From positions 7,068,001-7,132,000 of the forward strand of contig JBHGNT010000014.1 of the NCBI GenBank assembly GCA_043228905.1: a stretch of DNA of 64,000 nucleotides. Direction: 5' to 3'. Position numbers and translations under genes: made by a program. Position 1 is the stretch's first letter. Each line of letters begins with the position of its first letter. Positions 32,001-45,280 of this stretch are shown here, piece after piece. The DNA is from Azolla caroliniana (lineage: Eukaryota > Plantae > Polypodiophyta). The notes under the pieces are model-generated. The model did no database searches. It was not told the origin of the DNA and saw nothing but the letters and a program-made list of their open reading frames with translations.

Positions 32001-32113
32001 TGAACAAAGTACTCCATCATGATTTCTGTGGAAGGATTTTTGATGGAGCACATGCCTCCAGCAGGTAACCCAATGAAGGCCTACAATGTGCTCTTCGGAG
32101 ATTTAGTCGAGGT
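29090..32113 (-). mobile_element. Family C 3' fragment: decayed coiled-coil extra ORF and truncated 3' LTR (about 29090-29409)
   Basis: LTR homologous to 18461-18703; collinear minus ORFs 31223-31744, 30600-31004, 30178-30363 and 29718-30029, the last three E/K/R/L-rich. Confidence 0.65.
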
Positions 32114-34692
32114 TGTATGCAGAAATAACGCTCGGCCACAACCGAGTCTTCAACAAGGAATAGAAGAGAACAAACTAAAACACAGAGATGACAGATGATG
32201 TTAATGTGTAAAACCCTAAAGTGGGAAAAAACATGGGAGCCCACAGACTCCAAACATAGACTTGGAGGCAACGACCTCGAGCTCTATATCTTTGCCAACC
32301 GGTGGTTACAACAGAAACTAGTTTTGTATCTCTCTCTCTCACTCACTCTTGGTATACAACAATATACAACAACACCATTATTCAGTGATTGCCCTAAGTC
32401 ATATTTATACTTATATGACTTTAGGGCTATCTACAAATATAGCCTCGATGGGCTCACCACGAAACATATTTACACATATGTTCTTGGATCTAGTTTGCCC
32501 CGGATTCATCCAGATTCACTCGATCCGGTTTTCAGGTCTCATCCAGAACCATTCCAAATCCAGTTCGTTCATCTGGCTTGTCCGATCCGGTTTTTGGGGG
32601 TCATTCGGAACCCTTCCAAATCCAGTTCCTTCATCCGGCTCGTCCGGTTCTCATCTGGATCCCATCCGGAGGGACCGAATTCCCAACAAACTCCCCGTTC
32701 ACTCCGGCATGGGATTTCTCGTTAATCTGATCTGTCTTCGGCACCCATCCAGCTTGTCGGTTGAAAGCACCTTGGTCAGCATATCCTATCTGTTTTCCTT
32801 CGTGTGGATCTTCGTCAGCACGAAGTCTTGATCTTCTACCTTCTCCCGGAGCCAGTGATATCTCCTCTAGATGTGCTTGGTCTGGGAATAGTAGGCCGCA
32901 TTCTTCGCAAGGCGGATGGCACTTTGACTGTCCAAGTAGAGTCGGAATTCCTCTTGCCGGATCCCTAACTCTCCCACGAAGTCTGTCATCCAGATTATCT
33001 CATTGCCATCTTCCACAGCTGCCATGTACTCCGCTTCCGTTATCGACAGAGGAACGGACTTCTGTAGCCTCGACTGCCATGATACAGCTCCCCCTACATA
33101 AGTCATGACATATCCGGATGTAGACCGTCTGGTATCCGCATCAGTCGACATATCCAAATCCGTGAATCCGTCAAGTTGGGGTTTACCGGAGCCAAACCGG
33201 AGTCACATACTCGAGGTGCCTTTCAAATACCGGAGTATCCACTTGACCGCGTTCAAGTGCTCTCTTCCCGGATTGCTCATGAACCGGCTGACTACTCCAC
33301 AACATATGCATTATCCGGCTGGGTGCACACCATTGCATACATTATACTTCCGATAGTAGACGCATATGGTACCTTCATCATATTTGTCTTCTCTGCCTTC
33401 GTCTTCGGGCTTTGTTTTCCGAATAGCTTGAAGTTTTCCAGACGTGTCGATCCGACCGGTTTTGCATCCGACATGTTGAACCTTTGAAGCACCTTTGTCA
33501 TGTACTTTTCTTGTGACAACCACAATAGCTTCGTCTTTCGGTCCTGGATGATGTGCATCCCTAAGATTTGTCTTGCCCGACCCAAATCTTTCATGGAGAA
33601 GGTCCAACTCAAGGCCTTCTTCAACATCCCGATTTTGGTTCGGTTCGGTTCGACAATCAACATGTCATCCACGTACAAAAGGAGTATCAGGAAATCGCCT
33701 CTATCGAATTTCTTCACAAAAAAGCAGTGATCGGCTTGCGTCTTGTAATACCCTTGATCTGTCATGAAAGAGTTGAACTTCCGGTACCATTGCCGGGGGG
33801 CTTGCTTCAATCCGTATAAGCTCTTCTTCACCCGGCACACCGGGTGCTCATTCCTTTTCTTCTCAAATCCATCCGGTTGATGCATGTAGATCTCTGCTTC
33901 GAGGTCTCCATGTACGAATGTCGTCTTGACGTCCTGTTGCTCTACCTTGAGGTCCATGCTTGCTGCTATGCTCAATACCACCCGGATGGATGTCATCTTT
34001 ACTACCGGGGAAAAGATCTCATCAAAATCCACACCTTTCTTTTGTTGGAAACCCTTCACCACGATCCGGGCCTTGTACCTCGGTGGATTTCTAGCGTCTC
34101 CCGGTTTTGAGCTTGTACACCCACTTATTCCGGAGTGCTCTCTTTCCTTTCGTCAGCTCCATCAATTCATATGTGTGGTTCTTATGCAGGGAATCACTCT
34201 CGTCTTGCATGGCACTTAACCACTTGCGGTTGTGCCTATCTTTCTTTGCTTCTTCAAAGCTTTCCAGCTCCCTCTCATCGGTCACCAATACATGCTCTGC
34301 ATCCGGAAATATCTGGGGGGCTCTTCTCTCTCTGAGAGCGTATCTTCGTCCTTGGTTTCTGACTACCGGTTTGTCTGTTTATTCCGAATCCGAATCCGAT
34401 TCGGGATCTTGTCTGGTTCTAGTGTCTTCTTCTTCTTCTTCTTCGGTCGGTTCGGTTTCTTGTCCGAATTCAGTTGGTTCGTCGAGTGTCATCCGGTTCC
34501 CGGCTAACATCCGGTTTTCAACTGGGTAAGTCCTTGTGTCCTCAAGCCGGTTTTCATTGGATGATCCGGAGTTCATCACCTTCTTCTCCGACTCTCAATC
34601 CACAATGGTCCTGTCTTCCATGAAGACTATGTCCCAACTCCGGAACACCTTCTTGTCGACCAGATCCCACACCTAGTAACCGAACTCATCAT
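32114..34692 (-). mobile_element. Copia family B 3' fragment: LTR about 32114-32688, PPT, RH-RT, end of IN
   Basis: LLYVDDML (33292-34062), RRSTSGY..EAEY (32867-33157); LTR start TGTTGGGAATTCGGTCCCTCCGG on minus. Confidence 0.9.
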
Positions 34693-34852
34693 TGTTACCG
34701 ATTAGGAACACTGTCTATTCTCAGTCCTTCGAGGTAGACTTCAAGGTGATTGTGGTGCAGGGAATAGATCTGTAGGTGCACAAGCGAAACAAGCGAAACA
34801 AGCGAAACGTATCGTCTGGATGTGAAGGGAGATGGCTACAACTGAAGCTCAT

Positions 34853-37800
34853 TGTCAGGAATAGTACTAAAGCAGAGAGAGAATTAGTACTAAAGAAGAG
34901 AAGTACTATTAGTACTAAGAGGATGGAACTACATAAGATTCCCGAGAGAGAAAGAGAGAAGAAGAGAGAGAGATAGTGAGGATGAGAGAGAGAGAGAGAT
35001 GATGATAACAGCTAATATTTTATGGGAAGGATAAGTACAAAGTGGCTAAGAGGCTTAAGACTGGCGTTAAACCAATTTGGTTCAAAACAATGCCTTGTGC
35101 CTCCTTTTATAGTGCTCTCAAGAGTAGTCCTGAAGCTTCTAGAATGTTCTAGAGAAATCTGGAATATACATTAATTTCTTATAATAAAACATAAATGAAA
35201 CTAATATCCTACAAATTACAATAGATGGTGTGATGGTTAAGAGCTCGACCCGTATACCATAAGGCCATGGGTTCGAGTCTTGCCATATCATGACACTATC
35301 CCCCCTTAAGATGACGTGTGGAACGAGTCGACGTTGATTGAGAACCGGGTTTGTCGGGATATTGCCGGTGAAAATCAATAAGAAGATCCTGAGTATTAAC
35401 GACGGGCTCCGAAGTACGTTAGCTCAGACTATAGCCGAGCCAATCGACCAAATAATAAAGTTTGTTGCGAACAAATTTGGAATCGAGGATGACAACAACT
35501 TGATACTCCGGTCGGGCCAGCGTCTAACTCAAGCAGGGGCGGCGGTGGTGTAACACAATCGGGAATAGTGTTTGCTTTATAAGGTTCAAGAAGAGAACTA
35601 TGGAAGACCAGATGTATCCGAAGATGCGGAGGATGATCAAGACGGAACGTGACATCATTAACCTTCCCGATAATACGGAAAGGATCAAGTCGTCGATAAT
35701 CCAACTTGTCGCACGGTCGAGTAGTCTTTGATGTGACGACGTAAAAGCCATACTCGATCTCCGATGGAAAAAGAGGAGGGAAGTCGATGACGATCCACTT
35801 AAGTCTTCTGTGTCTGTTGAGCATGACGAAGATGAGTAGAGAGATCCATCTGGATCTTGCGTAATCTCTCCAAATGATCCTAGGCACGAGGAAGGATTGG
35901 TAGGTAGCTCCGGGGTGTCGATCACCAACTAGCAAGGATGAGAACCGGTATAAGCGTAGAATGGGGAGACTCGAGTCGAGGAGTGAACAACATTATTATA
36001 CGCAAACTCCGCAAAGTGGAGAATCTCGGCCCAATCATCCTGTTGATAACTTCGGAAACACCAGAGATATTGTTCCAGCGTTTGGTTTGTTCGTTCCGCC
36101 TGCCCATCGGTCTGAGGATGGTAGCCAAAGGAGAGGTTGCAAGAAACCTTGAGCATCTTGAAGAGATACTGCCAAAATTTGGAGATGAATTGCGGTCGCC
36201 GTTCACTGATGATACTGTTTGGGAGGCCATGATGCCGAAATACCTCACGCATGACAAGGGTGGCGGTTTCCTCGCTAGTGATGGCCTTAGTACACGGCAC
36301 AAAATGTGCCATCTTCGTATATCAGTCGACGACAGTTAAGATAGCATCAAACCCCTTCGAGACCGGAAGATCTGTGATAAAGTCAAGACAAATAGACTGC
36401 CATGGCTTACTTGGAATCGGTAAGGGTTCCAACAAGCCATATGGATGGTGTCGTTGCATCTTTGCTCGGCAGCAAGCGTCACAGGTCCGAATGTAGTCAT
36501 CGACAAAACGTCGCATATGGGGGGCCACCAAAAGGGTCGTTGAACTAGATCCAACGTCTTAGTGCTACCGAAATATCCCGCCATATGGGTGTCGTGACAA
36601 TGTTGGATGATTTGAAGGCGACATGAGCAATCGAGGAAATATACAAGCTTTTTAAAGAATAACTAACCATCATGATATTCGAATTGTCGGTAGTCCATAC
36701 CTGGTTGTTGAGACTGGGAACAGGATGCCCGAGAGGTATCAATGTGCGCCAGAATGTCTTGAGCAAAATTGTTCATCTTCAAGTTCGCACGTATGGTGTT
36801 AGTAATCTGGGAATCCATTGGGGTGTGAAAAATCCGCGTTGTGTGCAATCATGTTGGTCCCAAGATTACTTGCTTTTGATTATCGAACGCTGGATCACCA
36901 AGACGAGGTGCAAGATATGACCGCCGTGATAGTGCATTTGCCTTTCCTTGTTGCTTCCCCGGTCGATATGTGATTTTGAAATCAAAACGTGTGAGGAATT
37001 GAGCCCACCTAGCTTGCCGTCGATTTAGCACATGAGCGTTCTGGAAATAAGAAGGATTCTTGTGATCACTGAAGACGATGACTTGATGTGGAGAGCCCTC
37101 CAAAAAATGCCGCCATTGCACAAATGAATCTGCGATGGCTAATAACTCCTTGCCATGTATTTCGTAGTTGATTTTTGCAGCATCGAATTTGCGCGAATGG
37201 AAAGCCACAGGATGTAACTCTTCATTATCTCCTTGTTGAGAAAGGATGCTACCGAGGGCGAAATCTGATGCGTCGGTCTCCATGATGAATGGTTTTCTTG
37301 TATCCACATGAGCTAGAATAGGTGCTGATGTAAAGGCTTTCTTAAGACGCCGAAAAGCCATGTCCGTAATCCTTTATAAACTTGTGGTAGAAGTTAGAAA
37401 AAGCTAGAAAATATTGTACATCTCGTACTGACCGTGGAATTTTCCACTCTAGCACAGTTTGGACTTTAGCTAGATCCATGGAGATGCCCTTTGAGGAGAT
37501 AACATAGCCTAGAAATTCCACTTGCTTGTAGTCAAAGCTACATTTTTCTAGCTTGGCATAAAGACCATTCTCGCGGAGTCGATTTAGTATTAATTGTACA
37601 TGAGAATCTTGCTCTTCCTGGGTCTTTGAATAAATCAATAGATCATCCAGATAGATGATCAAACAAATATCCAAGAGGTCTCTAAATATATCATTTGCCT
37701 TGTGTTGGAAGACTGCGGGTGCATTGGTTAGACCGAACGACATAACAGTATATTCGAAACGCCCATACCGCGTGCGAAAGGCGGTCTTCCATTCATCTCC

Positions 37801-40099
37801 CGGTCAGATCCGCAGGAGGTTATACACTCCTTGTAGATCGATTTTTGTAAATAACTTGGCACCATTAACTCACTCTAAAAGACTTGATATAAGAGGAAGT
37901 GCATACCTATTCCGGATGGTGACCTTATTTAAGCCGCGGTAATCAACGACGAGACAAAGTGAGCCATCTTTCTTCTTGACAAAGAAGATAGGTGCTCCGT
38001 CCAGAGATTTCGAATGACGAATAAACCCGCTTGGCAAGTTCTCCTCTATGTAGGCTCGAAGGACTTCTAACTCGGTGGGTGACAAGTTGTAGATTGGTCC
38101 CCATGGTTGCTCTGCTCATGGTTGTAAATCAATGGGACAATTGTAGGGACGATGATGAGGAAGAGTACCAACCTTTACCTTGTCAAATACGGAAGCAATG
38201 GGACGACCATCAATGACTACTACAGATGCGGGGCAAGGAGGTTTTCTTAAGGATATCTGAGAAGCTTGGGCAAAATTTCGATCCATGAAACAAGATTTGG
38301 CTCCGGAATCTAAAAGTGCTAGGACTTGTACTGGGGGAGGACATTGCTAACTTGTACTTTTAGTACTAACCAGGACTTGGGCTAGGAACACATTGCTAAC
38401 TTGCTTGGAGGGAATGGAACCACTAATGGGCTGTACAGATCTAGGGTTGTCCAACCAAACGACTCCTATTTTGGCTGGACTCAGTCGTTTAACTCTTCAT
38501 CTAATTGACTAAGGATTTCAAATTTGTTTGAGATACTTGGGCTATTAGTACTATTAATATTAGCAGACACTCTATTAGTACTATTAATACTATCAAACAC
38601 TCCTAAGGGAAGAATTGACTCGAGTTTAGTACAAGTTACGATTAGATTTACCTGCCTTCTTGTCCTATGGGGACAATTGGTTGCGATATGCCCTGGTTCA
38701 CCGCAATAAAGACATAATTGATTTGCACGGCGTCGTTGCTTTTCTTCTTCCGATAACGGACCACGTCGACGCATGGTGTCAATCTCCATCAGTGTTGGAT
38801 TATTTGCTTGAGGTACGTCACGTGCGAATGCTTTAGCCACGACTCAGGCGTATGTGGGCTCCGGCCTAGAGCGTGGTATTTATAATTGACGTTTGGAACG
38901 CCGTTCGAAAAGGCAGTTTTCACATCAGACCGCTCGACTGATTGCCTCTATAAGAGATTTTGGTTCTTCGGGGAAGGTTAAAAGTAAATCTTTTACATCG
39001 TTTCGCAGGCCATAGTGAAACTACTCCATTAGGGCCTGATCATCCTAGGGGATATCTAAGGCGAGGAGACTGAAATCGGCCGCTTAGGCAGAGGCTGGAC
39101 GATCGCCTTGACGCAATCGTCGGATCTTGTTGATCGCCGTCCTGATGTTGTCGGTGTCTCCAAAGCAGGCTTTAAACTCACTAATAAAATCTTCAAAGTT
39201 ATTAAGCAAGGACGATTGTTTTTCTAGAAGCGGAGTGAACTATGCTAAGGCTGAGCTACTAAGAAACGCGCATATTAGGCCAACTCGGGATGCATCAGTG
39301 GTTTATCGGGAAGGATGCATTTGGATGACTGATCATACTTGATTAAGGAATCCCCTGAATTGCGATCGCGTTCCATCGAATTTTACAGGAAGTCCAATCT
39401 TCGGCTCTTTATGAAATCCTTCGGGACTTGATCCTTGTTGTTGCAATGCTGCTTCAAGTTGTTATACCCGTAACGCTAACTCTCCATGTTGTTTTTCTAG
39501 AGCAATTTGTTGCAGATCCCCTATCAGCCGTTGGTTTTCGTGTTCCAAGGCAACAAATTTTTCCTTTAGGCACTGTTGCTCAGAGAAAACGGATTGATAT
39601 TCTTGGGCGCTAACAGTAGCCATAGTATAGGGAAAAGGGTAGGAGGATGAGGGAGAACGACAAGTAGGCTTGAGGAAGGAAATTGGTTCAAACTGTTAGG
39701 AATAGTACTAAAGTAGAGAGAGATTTAGTACTAAAGCAGAGAAGTACTATTAGTACTAAGAGGATGGGACTGTGTAAGATTCCCGAGAGAGAAAGAGAGA
39801 AGAAGAGAGAGAGATAGCGAGGATGAGAGAGAGAGAGAGATGACGATAACAGCTAATATATTATGTGAAGGATAAGTACAAAGTGGCTAAGAGGCTTAAG
39901 ACTGGCCTTGAACCAATTTGGTTCAAAACAATGCTTTGTGCCTCCTTTTATAGTGCTCTCAGGAGTAGTCCTAAAGCTTCTAGAATGTTCTAGAGAAATC
40001 TAGAATATACATTAATTTCTTGTAATAGATGGTGTGATGGTTAAGAGATCGACCCATATACCATAAGGTCATGGGTTCGAGTCTTGCCATATCATGACA
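34853..40099 (-). mobile_element. Full-length but decayed Tcn1-like chromovirus (LTRs 34853-35295 and 39694-40099)
   Basis: TSD CTCAT/CTCAC; gag-pol fragments match 19674-24439; same PBS at 39681-39693. Confidence 0.93.
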
Positions 40100-41955
40100 C
40101 TCACTAGTGCGTGATTTCATATATACACTTATCCTACGCTTACTAGGCCACAATTACCAACAGAGTACTACATCGAATCAGTAGACGACTTACACAGACA
40201 TGGGGATCAAAGAAGATAGTATTGTATTACAAAAGGTAGCTCCCTAATTACACGCTAGCTCTATATAGAGGATTTCCTCCCTTTATATACACAGGGCTTT
40301 TAGTCTGTTACGCTCCTAGCGTGAACCGTTACATGTGTTCCTTTAACGCTTCTAATCATAATATATTCTATTCGTCTAAGCGTTAGGTTCGACAGACAAC
40401 ACTTGGCATGCCTGTGGGACAGTGCCCTAGCACGTCGGACTCGTCCCTCTACTCATCCTTCGGCTCTGTCCAGGATGTTCGCCTCCGTCCGTACGGCCTG
40501 GTTCGGAAACGGCGTGACGTTCGTAGGTGCTTCATTGTTTTGCTCGACTGGCTCCTCCAATTGTGTGTCATCCACTTCACCACGTTTGGCCGGTGTGTGA
40601 GTTCCCATGTTGTCATCAGTACTCCGTGTGCTCAGGGCCGACTCCGTTGGTTCGATGTCCGGATCATTCCTCCAAGGTTGTGGCCTAGGCTCTTGAGTCT
40701 GTGGGCAAGCGGTCGGACGGGGCTTTTCCCTGTCCGTTTCTTCCGTAGCGTAGACAAGCGTAGTGGTCACCTCCGGAGGGTTGTTCGAATTTGGTTGAGG
40801 CTCATCTTGTTCGGCGGAATCACTGTCTGGTACCACAATTGTCTCCATCTTCTATTGTTTGTTGCTGACCTCCATTAGCCGGCGGAAAATATCTTCTTGA
40901 CTTTCCCCTCAATCTTCCAACAGTTGCGTGAGTGCTTTGGAGTGTTGGTTCGCTAGCATGCGATAATCCTGTGGGCATTATGGTTTCTAACCCAAACGCT
41001 AGCCGGAAAGGTGTGGACTATACGCTAGTTTTGTAACTTGTCCGATATGCCCACAAGGCGTTGTGCAGCTTGGTATCCTAGTCTGTTCTATTCTCATTCA
41101 CGATCTTTTTCATTATGGTCTATAAGGTCTTGTTCATGGACTCCGCTAACCCATTTGGTTTCGGGTAATATGGTATGCTCTTCTTATGCACTACGGCGTA
41201 ATGGTGTGTTAGCTCGTAGATGACCGAATTCAGAAAGTGGCTTCCCTGATCACTGATGAGCTCGATTGGGCAACCAAACCGGCACTAATGTATTCGTAAT
41301 GAAATTTTGCCGTGGATGTTGTTGTATTATCCCGTAATGCTTTTGCTTCTACCGACTTGGTACAGTAATCCGTGGCTACAAGAATGTACTTATTGCCGGT
41401 CCGCGCCGCTGCCGGCATAAAGGGACCGACAAAATCCAGACCCCATTTCTGGAATGAATCCAGCGGAAGAACGGGTTGGTGTGGCATACGTGCGAGGTCC
41501 GTAGGTTGCCCCAACCGACATAGCTCACACTGCCTATAGTATTGATACGCATCCTTCTGTGTAGTTGGCCACTATAGACCTGCTTGCCATATTTTTCGGG
41601 TCATAACATCACCCGCATAATGTCCCTCGGTCATACTACAATGAGCTTCGCGCATAACGACTTCGTTTTCATCCTGGCATATCCCGCGTCGCCAGATCCC
41701 ATCGCTTCCCTTGTGGTAAAGTACTCCTTCGACCAGGTAAAAGTTACGACTGCGAACATCTAGGCGTTTCTTTTCATCCGTCCTTAGCTATAGAGGTGGC
41801 AGTGCCGTGGTCAGAAAGTACGTCATTTCCACCATCCAACGATCCGGAAATTCATCTCTGCCTGTGATGCCATAGTCGCGATCCTCAGAATATCGGCGTT
41901 AGGAATGTCATCATCGTCCCTCACCGCATTATCGCCAATATCCACTCTGCTTAAG

Positions 41956-42428
41956 TGTTATGTACACATAACGTTGGCGAGGGTAGGTCACCAATATTTA
42001 CATTAGTGAAGGGTATGTTCACTAATGTTAAAAAGGGGACTAATAATTGGATAAACGAAATGATAGGTGCATGCACTATCATGATTTGGACAACCAATGA
42101 ATGGAGAGCCTTTTAGAAAAGCTCATCTATTCAAGGGGCCTAGGAAAAGGTATAAATATGAAGCTTAGCTACCCTCATAAACACATTACATCGGAAGGCT
42201 GTTGTCTTAGACACTGGTGGTGCGGGCTAGACTTTCGTCTCGACGATCATGTTTATCTCTTCCAAGGTATTAGTCATCCTAATATCCGGCGGTATGGGAT
42301 GTCGGTGGTAGGTTGGCTATGTCTAGATCATAGCTCGGGGGTGGTCGGGTGGAACGGGTTCTTCTATCCATTCTATTTTCCTTTTTTTACTTGAGTTTGG
42401 TCTATTGATTAGTAATAGACTCTTAACA
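41956..42428. repeat. Solo LTR inserted in family D pol
   Basis: TGTTA...TAACA with perfect TSD TTAAG; shares TCGGGGGTGGTCGG with family F LTRs. Confidence 0.85.
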
Positions 42429-43227
42429 TTAAGAAATCAGCTACGGCATGCTTCGTGCCCAGGCGATGCTGAATTGCGAAATCAAACTCCTGGAATAGCA
42501 GCATCCATCTGGCCAGCTTCCCTGTCAGTGCCTGTTTCTCACCTAGATATAGTAACGCCGCGTGATCGACATGAAACGTAAATCTGTGCCCTAGTAGATA
42601 ATGTCGGAATTTGTTGATGCTATATATCATCCCCAAGGCTTCACGCTCGGTTGTGGAGTCTCCTCTCGGCAATTGATAGTTTACGACTGACGTAATATAC
42701 CAGTCTGTACCAACTCGGCTCTGTGAGTTGCATTAATGCGCTGCCTATTGCTATATTTGAGGCATCCACAAAGACGTGAAAAGGTTTAGTCCAATCTGGT
42801 GGTTGTACGACCGGTGGTTGGGTTAACATTATCTTGAGTGCATCGTAAGCTTTTTCTTCTATTGCCGTCCACTTGAAGGAATTTCAATGTAGGGCGGCGT
42901 GTAATGGGGTCGAAAAATCCGCCAAGTACCTTAACATGCGGCTATGCCAGCGTATTTGACCTAGGAAGTGGTTGAGGGCTTTGGCATTAGTCGGAATCTT
43001 TGCTTCAATGATCGCTGTGATTGTGTTCGGATCCACCGCTATCCCTTGCTTACAATATGTTCGAGAAGTGCCCCACTGGTGACGCCGAATGCACATTTGA
43101 CTGGATTAAGGCTGAGGCGTGACGTACAACAGTGCTCCAAACAAACTCGGAAATGGCCCAAATGTTCGCCTCGTGTTCCATATACCGTGAAATCGTCGAG
43201 AAAGATTTGCATAAAGGCGGACCATAC

Positions 43228-43632
43228 GTTAGCTAAATGGTAGCTAATTAGCTACTATCATAGTTTAGTATACCATACTTCAGTTGAGTAGCTAATTAGC
43301 TAAGTGGAAGCTAATTAGCTACTACCATAGTTTAGTACCATAGCTAATTATCTAACTGGGCGCTAATTAGCTACTCCATAGTTTAATACAGTAGCTAATT
43401 AGCTAAATGGTAGCTAATTAGGTACTGCCATAGTTTAGTACAGTAGTTAATTAGCTAAGTGGTAGCGAATAAGCTACCACCATACTTTAGTTATAGTGGC
43501 TAATTAGCTGCTACCATGTAGTAGTGTAGTAGCTAATTAGCTAGTACCATACCTAAGCGAGGTAGCTAATTAGCTATTGTCATAGTCTAGAAGAATAGCT
43601 AGTTAGCTAAGATGTGACTAATTAGCGACTAT
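43228..43632. repeat. TAGCTAATTAGCTA-based satellite array 1
   Basis: Repeated 14-bp palindrome interspersed with ACTACCATAGTTTAG. Confidence 0.95.
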
Positions 43633-43671
43633 GTTGTTGTAGAATCTTGTGGATTAAGGAGGGCGCATGAG

Positions 43672-44115
43672 GTGTCTGGTGCTGATCACGTGGCAACTGA
43701 TGAGGAGATAGTTGCCAACGTGGCTAAAAGTAAGAGTCTTGCTATCACATCTCCTTCAAATCAGCTCCACCCTATTCTTTTGGAAGATGGTAATGAATTA
43801 AGCAACGATGTGAAAAGCCATGAAATATTGGAAACAACATGTAAATCTGAGGTTGACAATAATAGTGTTTTTGAAAACTTGATGAAACATTTCTTCGAAT
43901 CCCAAAACCTTGATTCCACCCCACTGAGCCCAACTACTAATAATGTCCAAACAGATCCGATTGTACTGGAAAAGCTAGTGCAAGACGCGGTAGACTTGCA
44001 AGCCGTTGCTAAGGTGATGGAAAGGTTGTCGGAGGAGGACACACTTGCACAATGGATCAAAGAAGCAAGGCTAAATGGGCAACCGGCTAGAAAAAGGTTG
44101 AAGAAGGGGCCATGA
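43672..44115 (+). other. Possible exon of an unknown protein ending in a basic NLS-like motif
   Basis: 147-aa open frame after a TTGTTGTAG acceptor-like site; ends RKRLKKGP. No recognisable domain. Confidence 0.35.
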
Positions 44116-44347
44116 TCGGGGACAGGACCAGTTACTCGGTCAAGGGGCTCTTGAATTGGAGCGAAATACTTATTAGTGGGATATGATTGTTGGAGATTTT
44201 CCTAGGGTTTTATGAAGTTTTACTATGATCTATTTGGACAAGTAAAACCTCATATTAGTTGTTGCTCTAAGCACATTATGTAATGGAACTCTATGATGTT
44301 TCTCCAAGATAATTATGTTCATGTTGTTCTATGATGGAAAATAGTTC

Positions 44348-44926
44348 ATGTTCATTATGTTGTTTTGTGAGACAGTTAGTTACTTTGCGAGTGTGAATAT
44401 GTTGGTGTTTTCTGATGTTGTAGAGTCTAAAGTGTTTGAATCTATTGCTCCTAAGGCCAATGGCAGTGTGGAAATTGTTGATGTTGCTGCGTGTTTAGAG
44501 AGCCACATCTTGAAAGTAAATGTAGCAACTGACACAAATGATGTGGTCACGCAAGTTGATCAAGCATGTTGCACAGATGATCTGATCTTCCCGAAGTGGC
44601 GACAACATTTCAATGATCAATGGACACGAGAGAATTGTGAGCAAAAGGATGTTGCAAGATTCAAAAGACTTTTTGATTTTTGGGACACTTGGCTAGATTA
44701 TAATGCCGAAAATACGTTGATTCTGGATACAGAACATTTCCGACATTACTTCAACATTCACAAATGTTGTCTCATTCTACCCAATGAAATGCCTGAACAC
44801 TATTTGGTGAAAACATTGAGTTGCCAACTAGCTACATGGTTGTGGACTCCATACCGGGCTCGGTATGTAGATCATATATGTAGAGAAGTTCCACTGACCA
44901 GCAAGAGCTTAGTTGTTTATACGTGA
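44348..44926 (+). pseudogene. Possible degenerate FCP1/NIF (HAD-like) domain fragment
   Basis: WTRENC..FKRL..W...YNAENTLILD resembles the C-terminal half of NIF-family domains; recognised by eye only. Confidence 0.35.
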
Positions 44927-45280
44927 TTTGAAGACATTAGCAATGGGATGTTATAAATATGTAATTTTCTACCACTTAATCAATGAAGAATTAAATTGCT
45001 TGTTTTGAGTAAGTTATCTACTGTGTAATTTTAAGAGTATGTTTAGGATTGTTGATTTCATGATAGTGCTTTTTCTTAAAATTATGCAAACTATTTTAAC
45101 TTGTACATGGTTCACTTGAGTAAATTTGTATCTCAAAAAGAAGAACCCTAAACCATATTATTAAACTGTATATAAAAAAGAAGACTATGTATAAAAATGA
45201 CACACGATTTTGTTGAGAAAGAAGCACAAAAAGTAGACTGTATATAAAAAAAAAACTCCCAAACATGTCCATTAAACTAT

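Larger units (their letters stand above)
34693..43227 (-). mobile_element. Gypsy family D (non-chromovirus, Phygy/Tat-like) 3' fragment: RT-RH-IN and split 3' LTR (34693-34852 and 40100-40401)
   Basis: [49 protein letters not shown] in RT-RH-IN order on minus; LTR has TG..CA ends and a TATA on minus. Confidence 0.8.
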
